The notes below the pieces were generated by a model that did not search any database, was not told the origin of the DNA, and worked only from the letters and a program-made list of their open reading frames with translations. The translations under genes were made by a program, and so were the position numbers. Below, piece after piece: positions 1 through 12,308 of a stretch of 64,000 bases of DNA; the first letter of the stretch is position 1, and every line of letters begins with the position of its first letter. Where the stretch lies: NCBI GenBank assembly GCA_946965045.2, contig OX337228.1, positions 186,001-250,000 on the forward strand. Reading direction: 5' to 3'. Source of the DNA: Epithemia pelagica. Taxonomy: Eukaryota > Protista > Bacillariophyta.

Positions 1-673
1 GAAGAAGAAGAAGAAGAAGTAGCAGCAACGGATGCGGAATCCTAACGGTTCTCGTCTCCGACCAACTGACCACAACCTCAACAACAGGAACAAGGGGAGG
101 CCTCTCTAGCATTACAGTAAGGTATACATAGGAGAAGAGGGTTTGCTGACTGCAACACAAGGACAAGAATGGAATGTGCCAAACTAGTGAGACATTATAT
201 TCGTTGGTATATACCTACTATAGAGATTGTGAACTGTCGTTTGACTGGACGAGCATTGTGGCGAGATAGATCAATCGTAACAGCAAGCCTTGGTCTCTCT
301 GTTCGTCGCAAAGAGGGGTCGTTGCTAAGTCGCATTTATGCCAACGGGGGAGAGCATGAACGCACCCAAAACCAAAGGATGACTTTTGGGGGGCATTCCC
401 TCGGGGTTCGGTCATTCGTGTCTTTTTTTTGTGGGTGGTGGTTGTGGTGTGTTTGGTTGGATGGAATGATCATACGAGACAAAACCTTTTGGGCACGTCG
501 ATCCTACTGATTTCAAGGTTCTTTTACTCTCGTTTCAGAGGTTTCTCCCTTCTTTGTGTGGATCTTTGGTCGTTGCTGTTGGACTTGTGTGGTTTGTAGG
601 AATCCATTCTGTTTGGCCAAGAAGGGTTCTCTCGCACAACACACAACCACACACCCTGCATACTAGAATCATC

Positions 674-3600
674 ATGTGGGGAGGCTTGAGTGATTTGGCC
701 AAAAAGGCGGAAGAAGCAGCAGCCGCGGCGCAACAAGCGGCTGCCGATGCTGCCTCGTCGTCGGCGACCAGCTCCTCGTGGGTACGTCGTTTGTCGTGGT
801 TGTCTTTTTGTAGTGTTGTGGTGGTTGTGGAATGGAAAGAGCCTGTATTGTTTGTGACATGAGTTTCTCCTGTAATACAGTCTCTCTCATTTTTCTCTCT
901 CTCATGATTGTCGGTTTATTAATTTGTTTTGGGATTGGATTGGATTTAACTCGAAACAGACGACATCGGGCTTGTTCAATTTGGATGCCATGCAAGCCAC
1001 CACCACAACAACCACAACCGCAAGCAGTGCCACGGAGGCATCCCTTTTCACCGAATCCGCATCTACGATTACACCCAGCAATACCTCCACACCAGCGTCC
1101 TCTCCCTTGTTTTCGTTTTCGCCGCCCTCGTCTTCCACGACGACAACAAGGACCACCAACCATGACAACCCTAATACTTTGGCAGCCACAGTTGTTGTCT
1201 CTCAGGATAATAAGGAACCAGAAGCGACAAAAGCAGCAACCGAAGAAGAAGAAGACGGATGGGCGGATGACTTTGATAAAGGAGTCGTGGACGACGACGA
1301 CGAAGAAGAAGAACAACCACCCATGAAGGACCCAACAATGCATCATGCCTCGGACCCTTCAACTCACGCGTCGTTGCCAAATCCTTCGAACGACAATGGC
1401 AACGATAACAACGACACTACTACCAACGAACAATTGCCAACAGCAGCAGCAACAACAACAACAACAACAACAACGAGTCCTGGTGTGCAGAACGACGAGT
1501 CCTCCTCCCCACCTCCCCGGAACGAATCCCAACTACATCCATCACCAAAGCCATTCGTAGAGGACGCGACCGTCGAGACACCCGCACAACACGAGCCAGT
1601 TCCACAACCAACCATCAGCACCTCCACGATGGAACCATCAGCATCACCATCAGTCGTGGACCGAGAGGCCCAACCACCACAGCCACCAGCAGCTCTGATT
1701 CCGGACGACGAGGATACGCACAATGACACAAAAAAGAAGAATGAGGAGGAGAAGGAAGGTAATATGAACCAGTCCAGTGTCGTGGACTCATGTGATTTGG
1801 ACGAGAATCCCCAAGCAACCATCACCACCAGTCCAGCAGAACCCGGATCCAACGAACCAACAACCGCACAGGAGCAGAACCAGGACATCAACAACGACGA
1901 TGATAATATCGACAAAGCAAAGAATGTGGACGTGGACGTAGACGCCGAGGCAGCTTCCAGGACCGATTCTGTCCCCCCAACAACAAGCGATCCCTACAAT
2001 GGGGAACCGAGTACGAATGGTGACCAAGCAGCAAGAACCAACGAAACACCAGAAAACGACAATGAGGAGGAGGAGGAACCGCCCGCTTCGGATGATGGGG
2101 GCGTTCCAGAATCCGAATCGACCCCCCAACACTCTGTAGCAGAAACAACGCTGGCCAACAACAGCATCGACAACAACACAGTACATGCAACAGGAGGCGC
2201 CACACCTACTACGTCTACTGAGACTGCGACTGCTTCTCATCGTGAAATGATGGATATACAACAGCACGACGATGCACTCTTGTCGCAATTCTCGGATCAA
2301 TTGCGACGATTGGAGGAGAATCATGACGCTCAAATTCAAGAATTGGAACGGCGGCACCAGCAAGCCGTGGAGGAGGCCGTGAAGCAGGTTCGCACCCAAC
2401 AGACGCAACAAGTGGACCAATTGCAACAACAAGCTCAACGTGCGAAACAAGAGTCGCAGCAGTATGCCCAACAATTACAAGCCTTGCAAACAGAAAAACA
2501 AGAGTTGGAACACCAAGTCCAAACACGGTCCAAAGATGTTGGACGAGCGAGTGCCTTGCACAAGCGAGATTTGAAAATTTTGCAAGAACAATTGTTGGAA
2601 CGGGAAGAAAAGGCCACGCAAGCGACCGAATTGGCTCAACGGACCCAAGCAGAATTGCAACAGGTTCAAGAGCAACTGTCCCAATTGACTCAAACCCATG
2701 GAGAATTGTCGACCCGATCCAAAGTGGTGGCCACAGAACTCGTGGAACGACGCACCGAATGTCGCGATTTGAAACTCCAATTGCAGAACGTTACGGAACA
2801 AAAGGAATCCTTGACCGAAACGGTCGAACAATTGCAATTGCAACTCTCCAATCACAATTTGAACCGATCCGAAACTACCGAACAGGTCCAAACCCTTCAA
2901 GAACAGGTCACTACCTTGACCAGTCAAGTGTCGACGCAACAATCGGCTCACGAATCCGCCTTGCACAAGGCGGAAGGATCCCTTCGCGAGTACAAGAAAA
3001 AAGCCCAACACGAATTGGCCTTGTCCAATGCCCGATCAGCCGCGGCCGTCCAAGCTAAGGAAGAAGCGGAATTGGAAGCTCGGGCGGCCCGCACCACGGC
3101 CGATTCTGCCATGGAACGAGCCATTCAAGCGGAATTGGAAAGCAAACAAGCCATGGCCCAACACAAGGCCTTGTCGGATCAAGTCTTGGCCGAACAAGCC
3201 CAACGACAAGCCAACCTGGACAAGGCAGTCACTGAACGCAATGCCGCTCAAGCTCAAGTTACGAGCTTGTCGCAAGAATTGGATCAAACCTGGACAGCCA
3301 AGGAGGCCTTGGACCGGGCCTTGGCCGTGAAAAAAACGGAATTGGCCTCCGAGACGGCACGAGTACACACCTTGCAACAGGACCACGAACGATTGGAAGA
3401 AGAACGCGATGGATTACAAGAAACGGTGGTGACCTTGCGGCAATTGTTGGATCAACAAGCAGCAACGCTCGCTCGTGGCAATAGTACGTCCGATACTCCG
3501 TTGGATCAAGACAATCATCATGATCACCAATTAGGGTCCTTGGAACAGGCCCATACCACCATTGCTTCGTTAAAACGAGAATTACAAGAAGCCAATGAAG

Positions 3601-4361
3601 TTATTGATGATTTGAAAGACGCTCTCAAGAGTTCGGTCAATGATCAAGCCAATGCGGCGACAACCGCATCATCGTCACTAGATGCCAATCACGCATCATC
3701 TCCTGCCATGTCGTCATCATCTAATACCACTCATCATCCCAGTAATACCAATGGCTTGTTTTATGCCATGGAAAAACAAGCCGAATTGAAAACGGCTCAA
3801 ACCGAAATTAATCGTTTGGCCAATTTGTTGGCCGATATGCAAACGGAGCGAAGCGAAGCCGTCGAAGCCATGCAAGATATGAAACAACGCATGGAATCGG
3901 CCGAAGCTCGACTGGAACGCTACAAAAAGTTGGCCTCTGCTGCGAGTAATAGTGCCCCATCCGCAGCCACACGATCTGACGACGATCCTATGGCACATGA
4001 TGGAACGAGCAATGGAACTCGATCAAACACGACGACTCCCACAACCGACAACACCAGCGACGATGCCGCCACCAATATAGAATACTTGAAAAATATTCTC
4101 TTGTCCTATTTGCATGCGCAAACCGTGACAGAGAAAAAGGCCTTGGTCCCTGTCATTGCGGCCGTCTTGTGTTTGACGCCCCACGAACAAGCGGCCGCCC
4201 TTCAAGCCGTGGATCGATCCCACCAGAATCATCTCGCCACAGCGGCTGCCACCCAATCGAGTAGTTTGTGGAATTCGCTGGTGGCAGCCTCCTTGGGAAC
4301 GAGCAACAGCAACAGTAGCTCCATGACCAGTCCCTCAAGTAAGAGCGGGAGTCTCAAGTAA
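674..4361 (+). CDS. GRIP-domain golgin (long coiled coil), 2 exons: 674-781, 960-4361
   Basis: C-terminal NIEYLKNILLSYLHAQTVTEKKALVPVIAAVLCLTPHEQ resembles the GRIP motif and follows ~500 aa of heptad-rich Q/E/L sequence. Exon 1 (MWGGLSDLAKKAEE..., 36 codons) ends at a GTACGT donor at 782; the AG acceptor at 958-959 rejoins the 924 ORF in phase 0. Confidence 0.85.
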
Positions 4362-4828
4362 AAGCGAAAGCAACTAGTTCCTATTAGAAGCAGCGGCGAA
4401 CTAAACTGCGAGTTTCGAACAGTGTGCCCATGTGACTTTATCTGTACGACTCGAGTCCCTTTGTATGTCTGGAATAGACCGGGACAATCGCTTTCTGAGG
4501 CATCTTAAGACTTTCCGACAATGGACTTATTCCTCTATCATCGCGGGATAGATATAGAGTCTATCAAACTCCCATCTCGCAAGCGGACACGAGGGGAGAG
4601 CCTCCCACGTTTCGTGTTTCGTGACCTTTGTTCTGTTCTCATCTCCACACAATCACGTCTATCATACCTAGTCAACACTTAAGGGGTCGTCCGAAGACGA
4701 TTCACACAGCTAATCTTTATCTTTCCTTTTTTAAAGGTGAAAATCATTGCTATTCTCACTTAATGAACGCCGATGCGATCAATGTAATCGTACTATATCA
4801 GGCTTTGAAATAATACACTTTATAGAAG

Positions 4829-7800
4829 TTAGTCAATCACAATCACCTCTTGGTCATTTGGTCCCTTCGCACGTTTTGCGGGGGGCTCTTCTAGTGCCGA
4901 CGGCAGACGACGATGGTTCAACTTTTCGAGCTTGATGCGTACAATGGCAAGCTTGTTTGCATTGGATTCATATTGTGTGAAATGAGCCTGATGCAGTTCC
5001 TTGGTCTTTCTCACAATCACGGATGCATTCTTTCCCGTCGTGTGGCTTGCTCTAATATGCGCACTGTAGCCTCGGGAGTTACTTCCAGCACTTCGTGCAA
5101 GACTTCTCGCGTGGCCGATGCCCCCTCCCACGCAAATCTCACCAGCTTCTCGGTCACTCCAAAGAAAAACGTCGAGAGGACGGCTACCTGACTTTGCCTG
5201 TGGCATTCTCCAGGAAAAAACAGGAGGTCCACCACGAGTCAAGCGAAGCAGATCATTCTCTTGCTTTTTCAACTCTGCAACCTTCATGTCCCGAACAACT
5301 TTTTGAATATGAGCTACGCATTTGTTTTTGGCCTCTGCGTGCATGCATGTGCTATTGGTCGAGCTCAGACTTTGCAATGTCTTGGAAGCCGTAGACAGGA
5401 TGGATAAGGGGGCCAAAGATGCCCAGCTTTCCAAACGATGAAACATCTGGGGAGTCCCGTACAGAAAGAGTTCGTTGACTACGAGTCGAACCGCGGATGA
5501 CGCCCACACCTGCGGTAATCTGACAACACCAAGAAACGCGTTCAGAATAGATCCTCGAAGATTTGCAATGTCTGCGAGCGGGAACTTCGTAGAAAAGTTT
5601 TTGACTGCTGCAATCTGATTGGCCAAAACCGTAACGACCGATGCCGTCGTGCTCCATTGACGCATTTTGACAAAGCAAACATTGGCAGCAGGGGATAAAC
5701 TCTCCCATCCATACGCCGTGGAAAGAGTTCCAATACGCCGGAAAATCTCCTCTTCAGATTCATGGGGATGCCTTTGCGTTGTCGTGCTGAAAATACGGAT
5801 CGTCTTTTGTATCAGTGACTCAAGGCTTGACTTGTCCTCCACCACTTTCTTAATTGAAAGAAAGTGCTCCAATAAGGTCAAGAAACCCATACAATTGACT
5901 TTGTTTCCAATATCAGGAAGATTTTCTAGAAACAGATGCACCGGAACAATCTTCTCATCTTTCCATCCATATTCTCTTATCATTGAAGCAAGAATTGAAA
6001 TCACCTTCGACGACGGTGACTGGGATTGATTCTTAGAAAGTCCCTGGAGAATGGTATTGAATGATGACCAAAAAGAGCTTCGTCCTTTTATCAAAGTGTG
6101 GAGAATGACAAAATCACCCGAGGAAAGGGTGGGATTTGACTGTGCGATAAACTTCAAGGCACGATCCAGCAGATGGGGTTTGCTTTGAACCTTTTCGACT
6201 GCACTGGAGAAATGATAGCGACACTCTCTCTCAAAAACTCCGTCACTGGAAAAGGCAATCAAAATGCAAGTGCCGTACGTTGTTTCACGTGCAACTCCCT
6301 CGTTACCAGTGTATTGGGGCTCTGTCGAGTGTTCCAATCCCCACAATTCCTTCCTTACATAATCTACTTCGGCCAACAGATTGCCTCCCTCATCAAAGGC
6401 TTCTAACTGAATTTCTCGATTAAACCATCTTGAAAGTGCTTCTGCATCACTCCCATCTTGGTGGAACAGTTCTTTGAAGGAAACATACCCGGGTTCTGTA
6501 TCACAAACCTCAAAATCTGCGTAATCAATGTGCGGACACCCACCCCCACGTTCGTAATCGATCCTCTCTAACTTGGCAATCACTAGTTCCCATCCTTGTG
6601 CTCGACTGATCGTCTTGGCCAAGGCTCGGTCCGAGCCCTTGAGGGCACCTACTCCAAGTCGCGTCAAGGATGCCGTCGTGTACTGATGATCCATGGGCAC
6701 GGCAAACAGCGATTCACTCGGGTCCAATTGCTCGAGGACTGATACCAAGCCACCGTTGGCCAAAGTGGCAACCGACGGTTTCGAGACTTGATTGCCCGTA
6801 TAGCAAAGAGAATAAATGAGAGCCAGTCGATGCCCTGACTCAATGGGCATAATTTCATGTTCGCAATCGGCATAGTGTGCCACATAGCGGCAACTGTACG
6901 GAGAGGTCTTGGGTTCGTGCATGGCAAAGGTTTCGGTTTTGCCATTGTGCGTGACGACAAACGAGCCTCCCGTAAAGCGACTGGGAAGTTGAATGACGAG
7001 CGTAGCAAACATACCGTCCGCCTTTTCGGTATCGCGATGTTTTTTGAAAAAGCCTCCGGGTTCATAGAGCAAGAGCTTGTACAATTCGGTTCGAACCAGA
7101 TCGGGAGGGACACCGAGTGCGGTGCAGACCTTGCTCGTCAGTGCTTGCAAGGCCGCAGGCCAGGCTGGATTGGTCAAGGTTACCTTGTTGGCATCAATTT
7201 GAAGCGTGTTGCGGACCGACGTGTCCACAATGGTTTCCATGCCCCGTCCATGAGGGGCTTGCTGGGCCGCTGCTTTGAGCTTGTCGGCATTGTATGGATC
7301 TAAGGGTACCGAAATGTCCCCCACTCCTTCTACCAACAGTCCGGGAGCAGCCGGCAGTTCGGTCGCCACGCCTCCAGTGCAAGTCGATCCTTCCGAGTCG
7401 AGAGAATCCAGAGCATCATAGACATGTTCCAAAGTCAATGGCGTCTTTCCGTCTTCATCGCTTTCTGTTTCTTGTAGGCTTTCCTGTGGGCTTTCTTCTG
7501 GGCTTTCTTCTCTTGGTTTGGCTGTGTTTTCTTCTTTTGGTTTGACTGTGTTTTCTTCCTCGTGTTGTGCTTCACTTTCTTCCTTTTCTTTTGCTGGGAC
7601 TTGCTCGTTCTCTTGTAATGATTTGGCTTGCTCCTTTTGTTCTTGGTCTTCTTCTTTTGCACCTCTTGCCTTTGGCTCGTCTTGTTCTTGTTCTTGTTCT
7701 TGTGTTTCTGCTGGTTCTTCGTTGGTTGCCGGATCCACCTTGGCCGGAGAGGCTTCGTCGGTCGACACGACTGGCTTGAGTATCTGCTGCTTTGTTTCGG

Positions 7801-8269
7801 ATGCAAGGTTGGGTTCTTCCAAATCATGAATGGGTGATGGCTCTACATCCATACGATTCGCTACAGGGCTTTCTCTTTCTTCTGGGTGTTCGTCTGGACT
7901 TTTGTGTCTTGGTTCTACTTTTTCTTCTTCCTTTTGTTTCGTTCTTTGTTTTTCCTGTTGTTCTGCTTGAACTGTCTCCGCCTCTTTGGATGCTTGATAT
8001 CCCTCCTTTTCTTGCTCGCGGTTTGCTTTCGGCTCGTCTTGTGTTCCTGATGGTTGATCCAACTTTGCCGGAGAGGCTTCCTCCGTCGACACCACCGGTT
8101 GGAGGAGCTGCTGCATCGATTCTGGAATTGCGGATTCCAAATTGGGTGCCTCAACATCCATATCCATACGATTCGTTCCAGACTCGTCCTGATTGTGGTT
8201 GTTGTCCCCGGTGTCACCTCCACCTCCCCCTGCCGCCACGACCATGGATACCGGCCCATTCGACGACAT
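4829..8269 (-). CDS. 2OG-Fe(II) oxygenase-domain protein with acidic, internally duplicated N-terminus
   Basis: Single 1146-aa ORF. YKLLLYEPGGFFKKHRDTEK...ATLVIQLPSRFTGG...HEIMPIESGHRLALIYSL shows the HxD...H iron triad and the distal R of the 2OG-Fe(II) fold. Confidence 0.8.
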   Translation of the reverse strand: MSSNGPVSMVVAAGGGGGDTGDNNHNQDESGTNRMDMDVEAPNLESAIPESMQQLLQPVVSTEEASPAKLDQPSGTQDEPKANREQEKEGYQASKEAETVQAEQQEKQRTKQKEEEKVEPRHKSPDEHPEERESPVANRMDVEPSPIHDLEEPNLASETKQQILKPVVSTDEASPAKVDPATNEEPAETQEQEQEQDEPKARGAKEEDQEQKEQAKSLQENEQVPAKEKEESEAQHEEENTVKPKEENTAKPREESPEESPQESLQETESDEDGKTPLTLEHVYDALDSLDSEGSTCTGGVATELPAAPGLLVEGVGDISVPLDPYNADKLKAAAQQAPHGRGMETIVDTSVRNTLQIDANKVTLTNPAWPAALQALTSKVCTALGVPPDLVRTELYKLLLYEPGGFFKKHRDTEKADGMFATLVIQLPSRFTGGSFVVTHNGKTETFAMHEPKTSPYSCRYVAHYADCEHEIMPIESGHRLALIYSLCYTGNQVSKPSVATLANGGLVSVLEQLDPSESLFAVPMDHQYTTASLTRLGVGALKGSDRALAKTISRAQGWELVIAKLERIDYERGGGCPHIDYADFEVCDTEPGYVSFKELFHQDGSDAEALSRWFNREIQLEAFDEGGNLLAEVDYVRKELWGLEHSTEPQYTGNEGVARETTYGTCILIAFSSDGVFERECRYHFSSAVEKVQSKPHLLDRALKFIAQSNPTLSSGDFVILHTLIKGRSSFWSSFNTILQGLSKNQSQSPSSKVISILASMIREYGWKDEKIVPVHLFLENLPDIGNKVNCMGFLTLLEHFLSIKKVVEDKSSLESLIQKTIRIFSTTTQRHPHESEEEIFRRIGTLSTAYGWESLSPAANVCFVKMRQWSTTASVVTVLANQIAAVKNFSTKFPLADIANLRGSILNAFLGVVRLPQVWASSAVRLVVNELFLYGTPQMFHRLESWASLAPLSILSTASKTLQSLSSTNSTCMHAEAKNKCVAHIQKVVRDMKVAELKKQENDLLRLTRGGPPVFSWRMPQAKSGSRPLDVFLWSDREAGEICVGGGIGHARSLARSAGSNSRGYSAHIRASHTTGKNASVIVRKTKELHQAHFTQYESNANKLAIVRIKLEKLNHRRLPSALEEPPAKRAKGPNDQEVIVID

Positions 8270-9451
8270 GATTGAATGGTTTCCGTCTTGTCTCTATTGG
8301 TTGGACTAGTACGAAGAATATCCCACCTTCTTGTTCCATGGAACAAAGCGGTTGTGTGGTTTTGTTTTGTCTCTCCACAAAAAAAGTGTGGCGGCGCGGT
8401 GAGATCGCATGTCCGAGGCGGCACAACTGGAAAATGGCGCGAGCACGTGAGGCGATGTGAGGATTCGGTACACATTTATATATCCGCTCAAAATCTGGAG
8501 ACTCTCACGAATATTATCTGTGGGGAAGGACAAACGGATACGGATAGAGGAAGGAGAGGAGTAGCAAGAGTCCGAGAGATTTCGAATTTGCATGTGCAAG
8601 TACAAGTACCTTCTTCATCGACCCTACTCCAATCAGGTAGATCATCGGAAAGCAACCGCACCACACCTGACGAATGATTGAAGCAGATGGAACAATGTAC
8701 GAACGTAACCCTAACTATCATCTCTCCTCGTGGTATTATGTACGTACATACGAAAGCTGTGAACGCACTTAAAAAAAAGAAAAAGGGAAAGGTGGTCCTT
8801 CGTTTTTGTTTCAAACGGCCAGGAGATTTCTATCCCAAAAGCTGCCGACTTCCATGGTACTCCTACAACTTGAATTCGTGAGGAGTATTTGCATCGGAGC
8901 TTTTTTTTCAAATTTGTTCCACAATGGATGGGTCGTCACTCTTTTCTTGCTCTTTTGTGCATCGTGGACAAGCAACGACCACACACACGCACGTGGTGCA
9001 CACGAAAAGGACGAGAAGTGAGATCAGGAATCTCAGTCTCTCTTTCCCTCGCCTCTTTTCTTCATAAAGTAGTTTCTGTTACACTGTAATAGTCATGAAG
9101 TACTCGAAACGACGACCTATAGAGCTTTTCCATTGAATTTTTGAGTGCCAACGATGTGGAGAGAGAAAAAGGACGCCTCTCGATGGAGCTATACTCCTAT
9201 GAGACAGGATAGCTCCTATGAGACAGGATAGATACCATAGCATACATAGCATATATTTTGCTACCTCTTCTTCATACTCTCTAACGGCTTAAAATAGGTA
9301 TGTACAAAGTTATTCTATAGTCGTTGTCCACCGGCTGGAGGAGGAGTTGCAGCGCACGTTTCAATCTGTCGTCGTCGCTTATCACCATGAACTCATCGAC
9401 GGAGAGAGAGGTTGCTAATTAGTGTCGTGTCATGTTTTCTAGTGTTGTTGC

Positions 9452-10639
9452 GTGCCAGCTAGGATGAGCACGCCATTGGAGGCCAAGTCCGACACGAAAC
9501 CAAACATCCCAATCAAGAAGAAGAAGAACGACAACAAGACGGTGTTGGTGGTGAAACCATTCAAAAAGAAGAAGCAACGTTCCCAGTGGAAACCATCGCG
9601 CTTGATGACACGAACGTCTGTCACGCAACAAACCCAACGATTACTCCTCGAGCAACAACAACAACAAGAACAAGAATCCTCCAAAGTGGAAACCACAGAC
9701 TTGTTTGAGAATGACCACAACAACGACGAGACTGACACTGCCGAAAATGCACTGGCATGGTGCGATACCCTTCAAGTCCTTTATTCCTTGCAACAGCAAT
9801 CCTCCACCACCAACAACAACACCAGCCACAACAACGAATCTTGTTTGCCCATTCCCCTCAAAACCAGTGGACAATATATCTACGCCGTCTTGGACTGTCA
9901 ATTGTATGCCTCGGGCTTGCAAGATTCCATTGTCGCACGAGAACTCTCGGAATTGCAAGCGCAAACCGTTGTGATTCCACTGGGACCGCCTCGTACCAAC
10001 CACGGAAGCAGCAGCAACAATTCGGGACCCACCGTGTGGCTCACGAAACAAGACTATGACCGGGCCGTGCGCGATGCCGTCCAAACTCACTTGGCGGTTC
10101 CTAATGTCACAACCACAACACCCCATCCATTGGACGTTTCGTGGATCCACAGTTGTGTGGAATGGTTTTTAGACACGGTCTTGATAAAACACTGTACTGG
10201 AAATATCATTGCGCACGACGACGAATTGAAACAGGCCTGGAAGACACGAACCACAACAACATCATCATCGTCATCACAAGAAGGGCCCAATCACGCAGAC
10301 AAGAAGGAGCCATCCGTAGACGACGTGATTCAGTTCTTGGTACATTTGAATCTTCTCTTACCCTGTAGTTGGAGTCACGAATCCTATCAAGTCTGGTACC
10401 CCACCTGGCCCTTGGTCTTGCAAACCTGGACGCAAACCTCGCAACGACTGGTCACTCTGCTCAAACAATCCTATTACAAGGAAAAGTCGTTGGTGTCGAT
10501 TCAAAAATCTCTGGGTCAACGCAGCCCCATTCCCATCTTACTCTTGCTGCAATACCTGGAAACTCGAGGCATGGTCAAGACAGTCCACAAACCGTCGGGC
10601 CCCTTTATCCAATTGACGGCCACCGGAGCAGGACGGTAA
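9452..10639 (+). CDS. STK19: STK19-like winged-helix protein
   Basis: C-terminal YQVWYPTWPLVLQTW...LVTLLKQSYYKEKSL...LLQYLETRGMVKTVHKPSGPFIQLT parallels the STK19 family C-terminus as I recall it (W-x-x-x-P...KyrEl...G.v....t.sG..lrL). Not database-verified. Confidence 0.65.
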   Translation: MPARMSTPLEAKSDTKPNIPIKKKKNDNKTVLVVKPFKKKKQRSQWKPSRLMTRTSVTQQTQRLLLEQQQQQEQESSKVETTDLFENDHNNDETDTAENALAWCDTLQVLYSLQQQSSTTNNNTSHNNESCLPIPLKTSGQYIYAVLDCQLYASGLQDSIVARELSELQAQTVVIPLGPPRTNHGSSSNNSGPTVWLTKQDYDRAVRDAVQTHLAVPNVTTTTPHPLDVSWIHSCVEWFLDTVLIKHCTGNIIAHDDELKQAWKTRTTTTSSSSSQEGPNHADKKEPSVDDVIQFLVHLNLLLPCSWSHESYQVWYPTWPLVLQTWTQTSQRLVTLLKQSYYKEKSLVSIQKSLGQRSPIPILLLLQYLETRGMVKTVHKPSGPFIQLTATGAGR

Positions 10640-11308
10640 CAACAGATTCTATTTTCCATGCACACTCACGCACGCAGGCACACAAGGATGAGACCGAGAA
10701 GAAACCACTCGTGATGAATTGAGACGACCACCATGTCTGCGAGGAGAATGAAACGAAGACGGTTCCTGCTTGTACTCCTCACACCCACAGTCGTTGCTCT
10801 CTGCGAGTATACGGAGGCGTTGTAGTTTCATGGCCTGGGTGACGGATCCTTGACATATATATGATTGGATGGTCCAGAGATGATGAAACAGACGAGTAGC
10901 AACCATGAGAGTTTCCAGCCTAAGAATCAAAGAGTTGGAATCGTACAGCAGTTTTGAGGGAACGTTGCGCGTTCTGCGAGAAGGTGTCGCTCCGTGTAAG
11001 ATGTTGGGCGTTCATGACAAGAACCATTACATTAATTGTTCCCCTGGCTCTCTGTATCCATGGGAGGAACATCAATGGGTTCCGTCCGATTGTCTCTCCA
11101 TTGGACATTTGGGAGTTTATGAAGTTGTTCGTTCCAGTGGAGGGAACAATCGTAGACCAGGTCCCAGAACGGATATCAGTCGCAGTTATGTGGGTATGGA
11201 TGCCTTAGAATTTGGGGGTTCTTGATGACCGTACGAGAGCTGGAGAGAAAATTTATTTATCCCAAAGAGAGGTCCCAAGTTATATGTGTGTATTGATGCC
11301 TGGATTGC

Positions 11309-12092
11309 TTCAATCGCGTTACCAGAGATTCAGTCTCGTATCACTGTGCTTCCTACGTTCGATAACGTACTCGATGTCCATCGAACGCATCCTTATTATG
11401 GAGCATAAGAATTTCAGTCGAGCAGCGTTTCTTGGGATGCCACAGCTGACATCCGGATATGATTTGAAATTTTGATGGTAACGATGGGAGTTCAGTCGCG
11501 CTCGACGGCATCGTTCTCTGTATTCGGTAATGTAGTCGATGGCCCATCGAATCCGTTCGTATGGATATCGAGAAGTTTGGCCACTCGGATCCCACAACCG
11601 ACAACCGATTTACATGTTTGGTTTCTGCATGGATCGTGGGTGCTTGGAAGTGTGGGCGGACGAATGAATTAGTCCAGTCGCGTTTCCAATTTTGGGGTTC
11701 AGTCTTCAGTCGCGCTCAAATTTTGGGATACATCTATCGATGAATTCAATCGCATTCAATCGCATGGTGTTCTTTTGGTCCCTGTCTACAGTTCACTCCT
11801 TTTGATAAAGAGGGAGCCTCGACAACAACCGACCAAAAGCTTTGTTTCCTTTGAAATTTTGATGAGTTCAATCGCGTTCAAAGTTTGGGGTAGTATATAG
11901 ATTGATGGATTCAATCGCATTCGATGAAATGGTGTCCTTTTGTTTCCTCAAGCATGCCGCTCTATTCCATAATGACATCAATGGCACGAGAATCCGTTCA
12001 TCAGTCGAGTACGAATTGTAAGGTTACTGCCTATTGATGGGTTCAATCGCGTTGAAATTTTTGGGGGGTATGGATTTCAGAGTTGAATCGCG
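11309..12092. repeat. Degenerate repeat cluster, motif TTCARTCGC[GA], about 9 copies
   Basis: Copies at ~11309, 11491, 11673, 11705, 11745, 11755, 11867, 11910, 12042 and 12083 (two are variants). Larger units at 11704-11775 and 11866-11942 resemble each other. Confidence 0.65.
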
Positions 12093-12308
12093 TTGAAATT
12101 ATGGGTGCGGGTGAGGAGGGTTCATTCCCGTTCGATTATTGCGCACATACACCACCCGCGGAAAGATCTTGCGTGATCCGTTGCGACAAAAGGAACAAAA
12201 ACCACAAGAAGCACATAAATAAAAAAGCAAACAAATTTGCTGCGTTCCATAAAACAAAACGAAACGAAAGAGCTACTGGTTGTCGCCAAACACAACCAAA
12301 CCACAACC

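Noticed and set aside
9194-9232. Tandem duplicate CTCCTATGAGACAGGATAG
   Set aside because: Two-copy 20-bp slippage duplication with no further structure.
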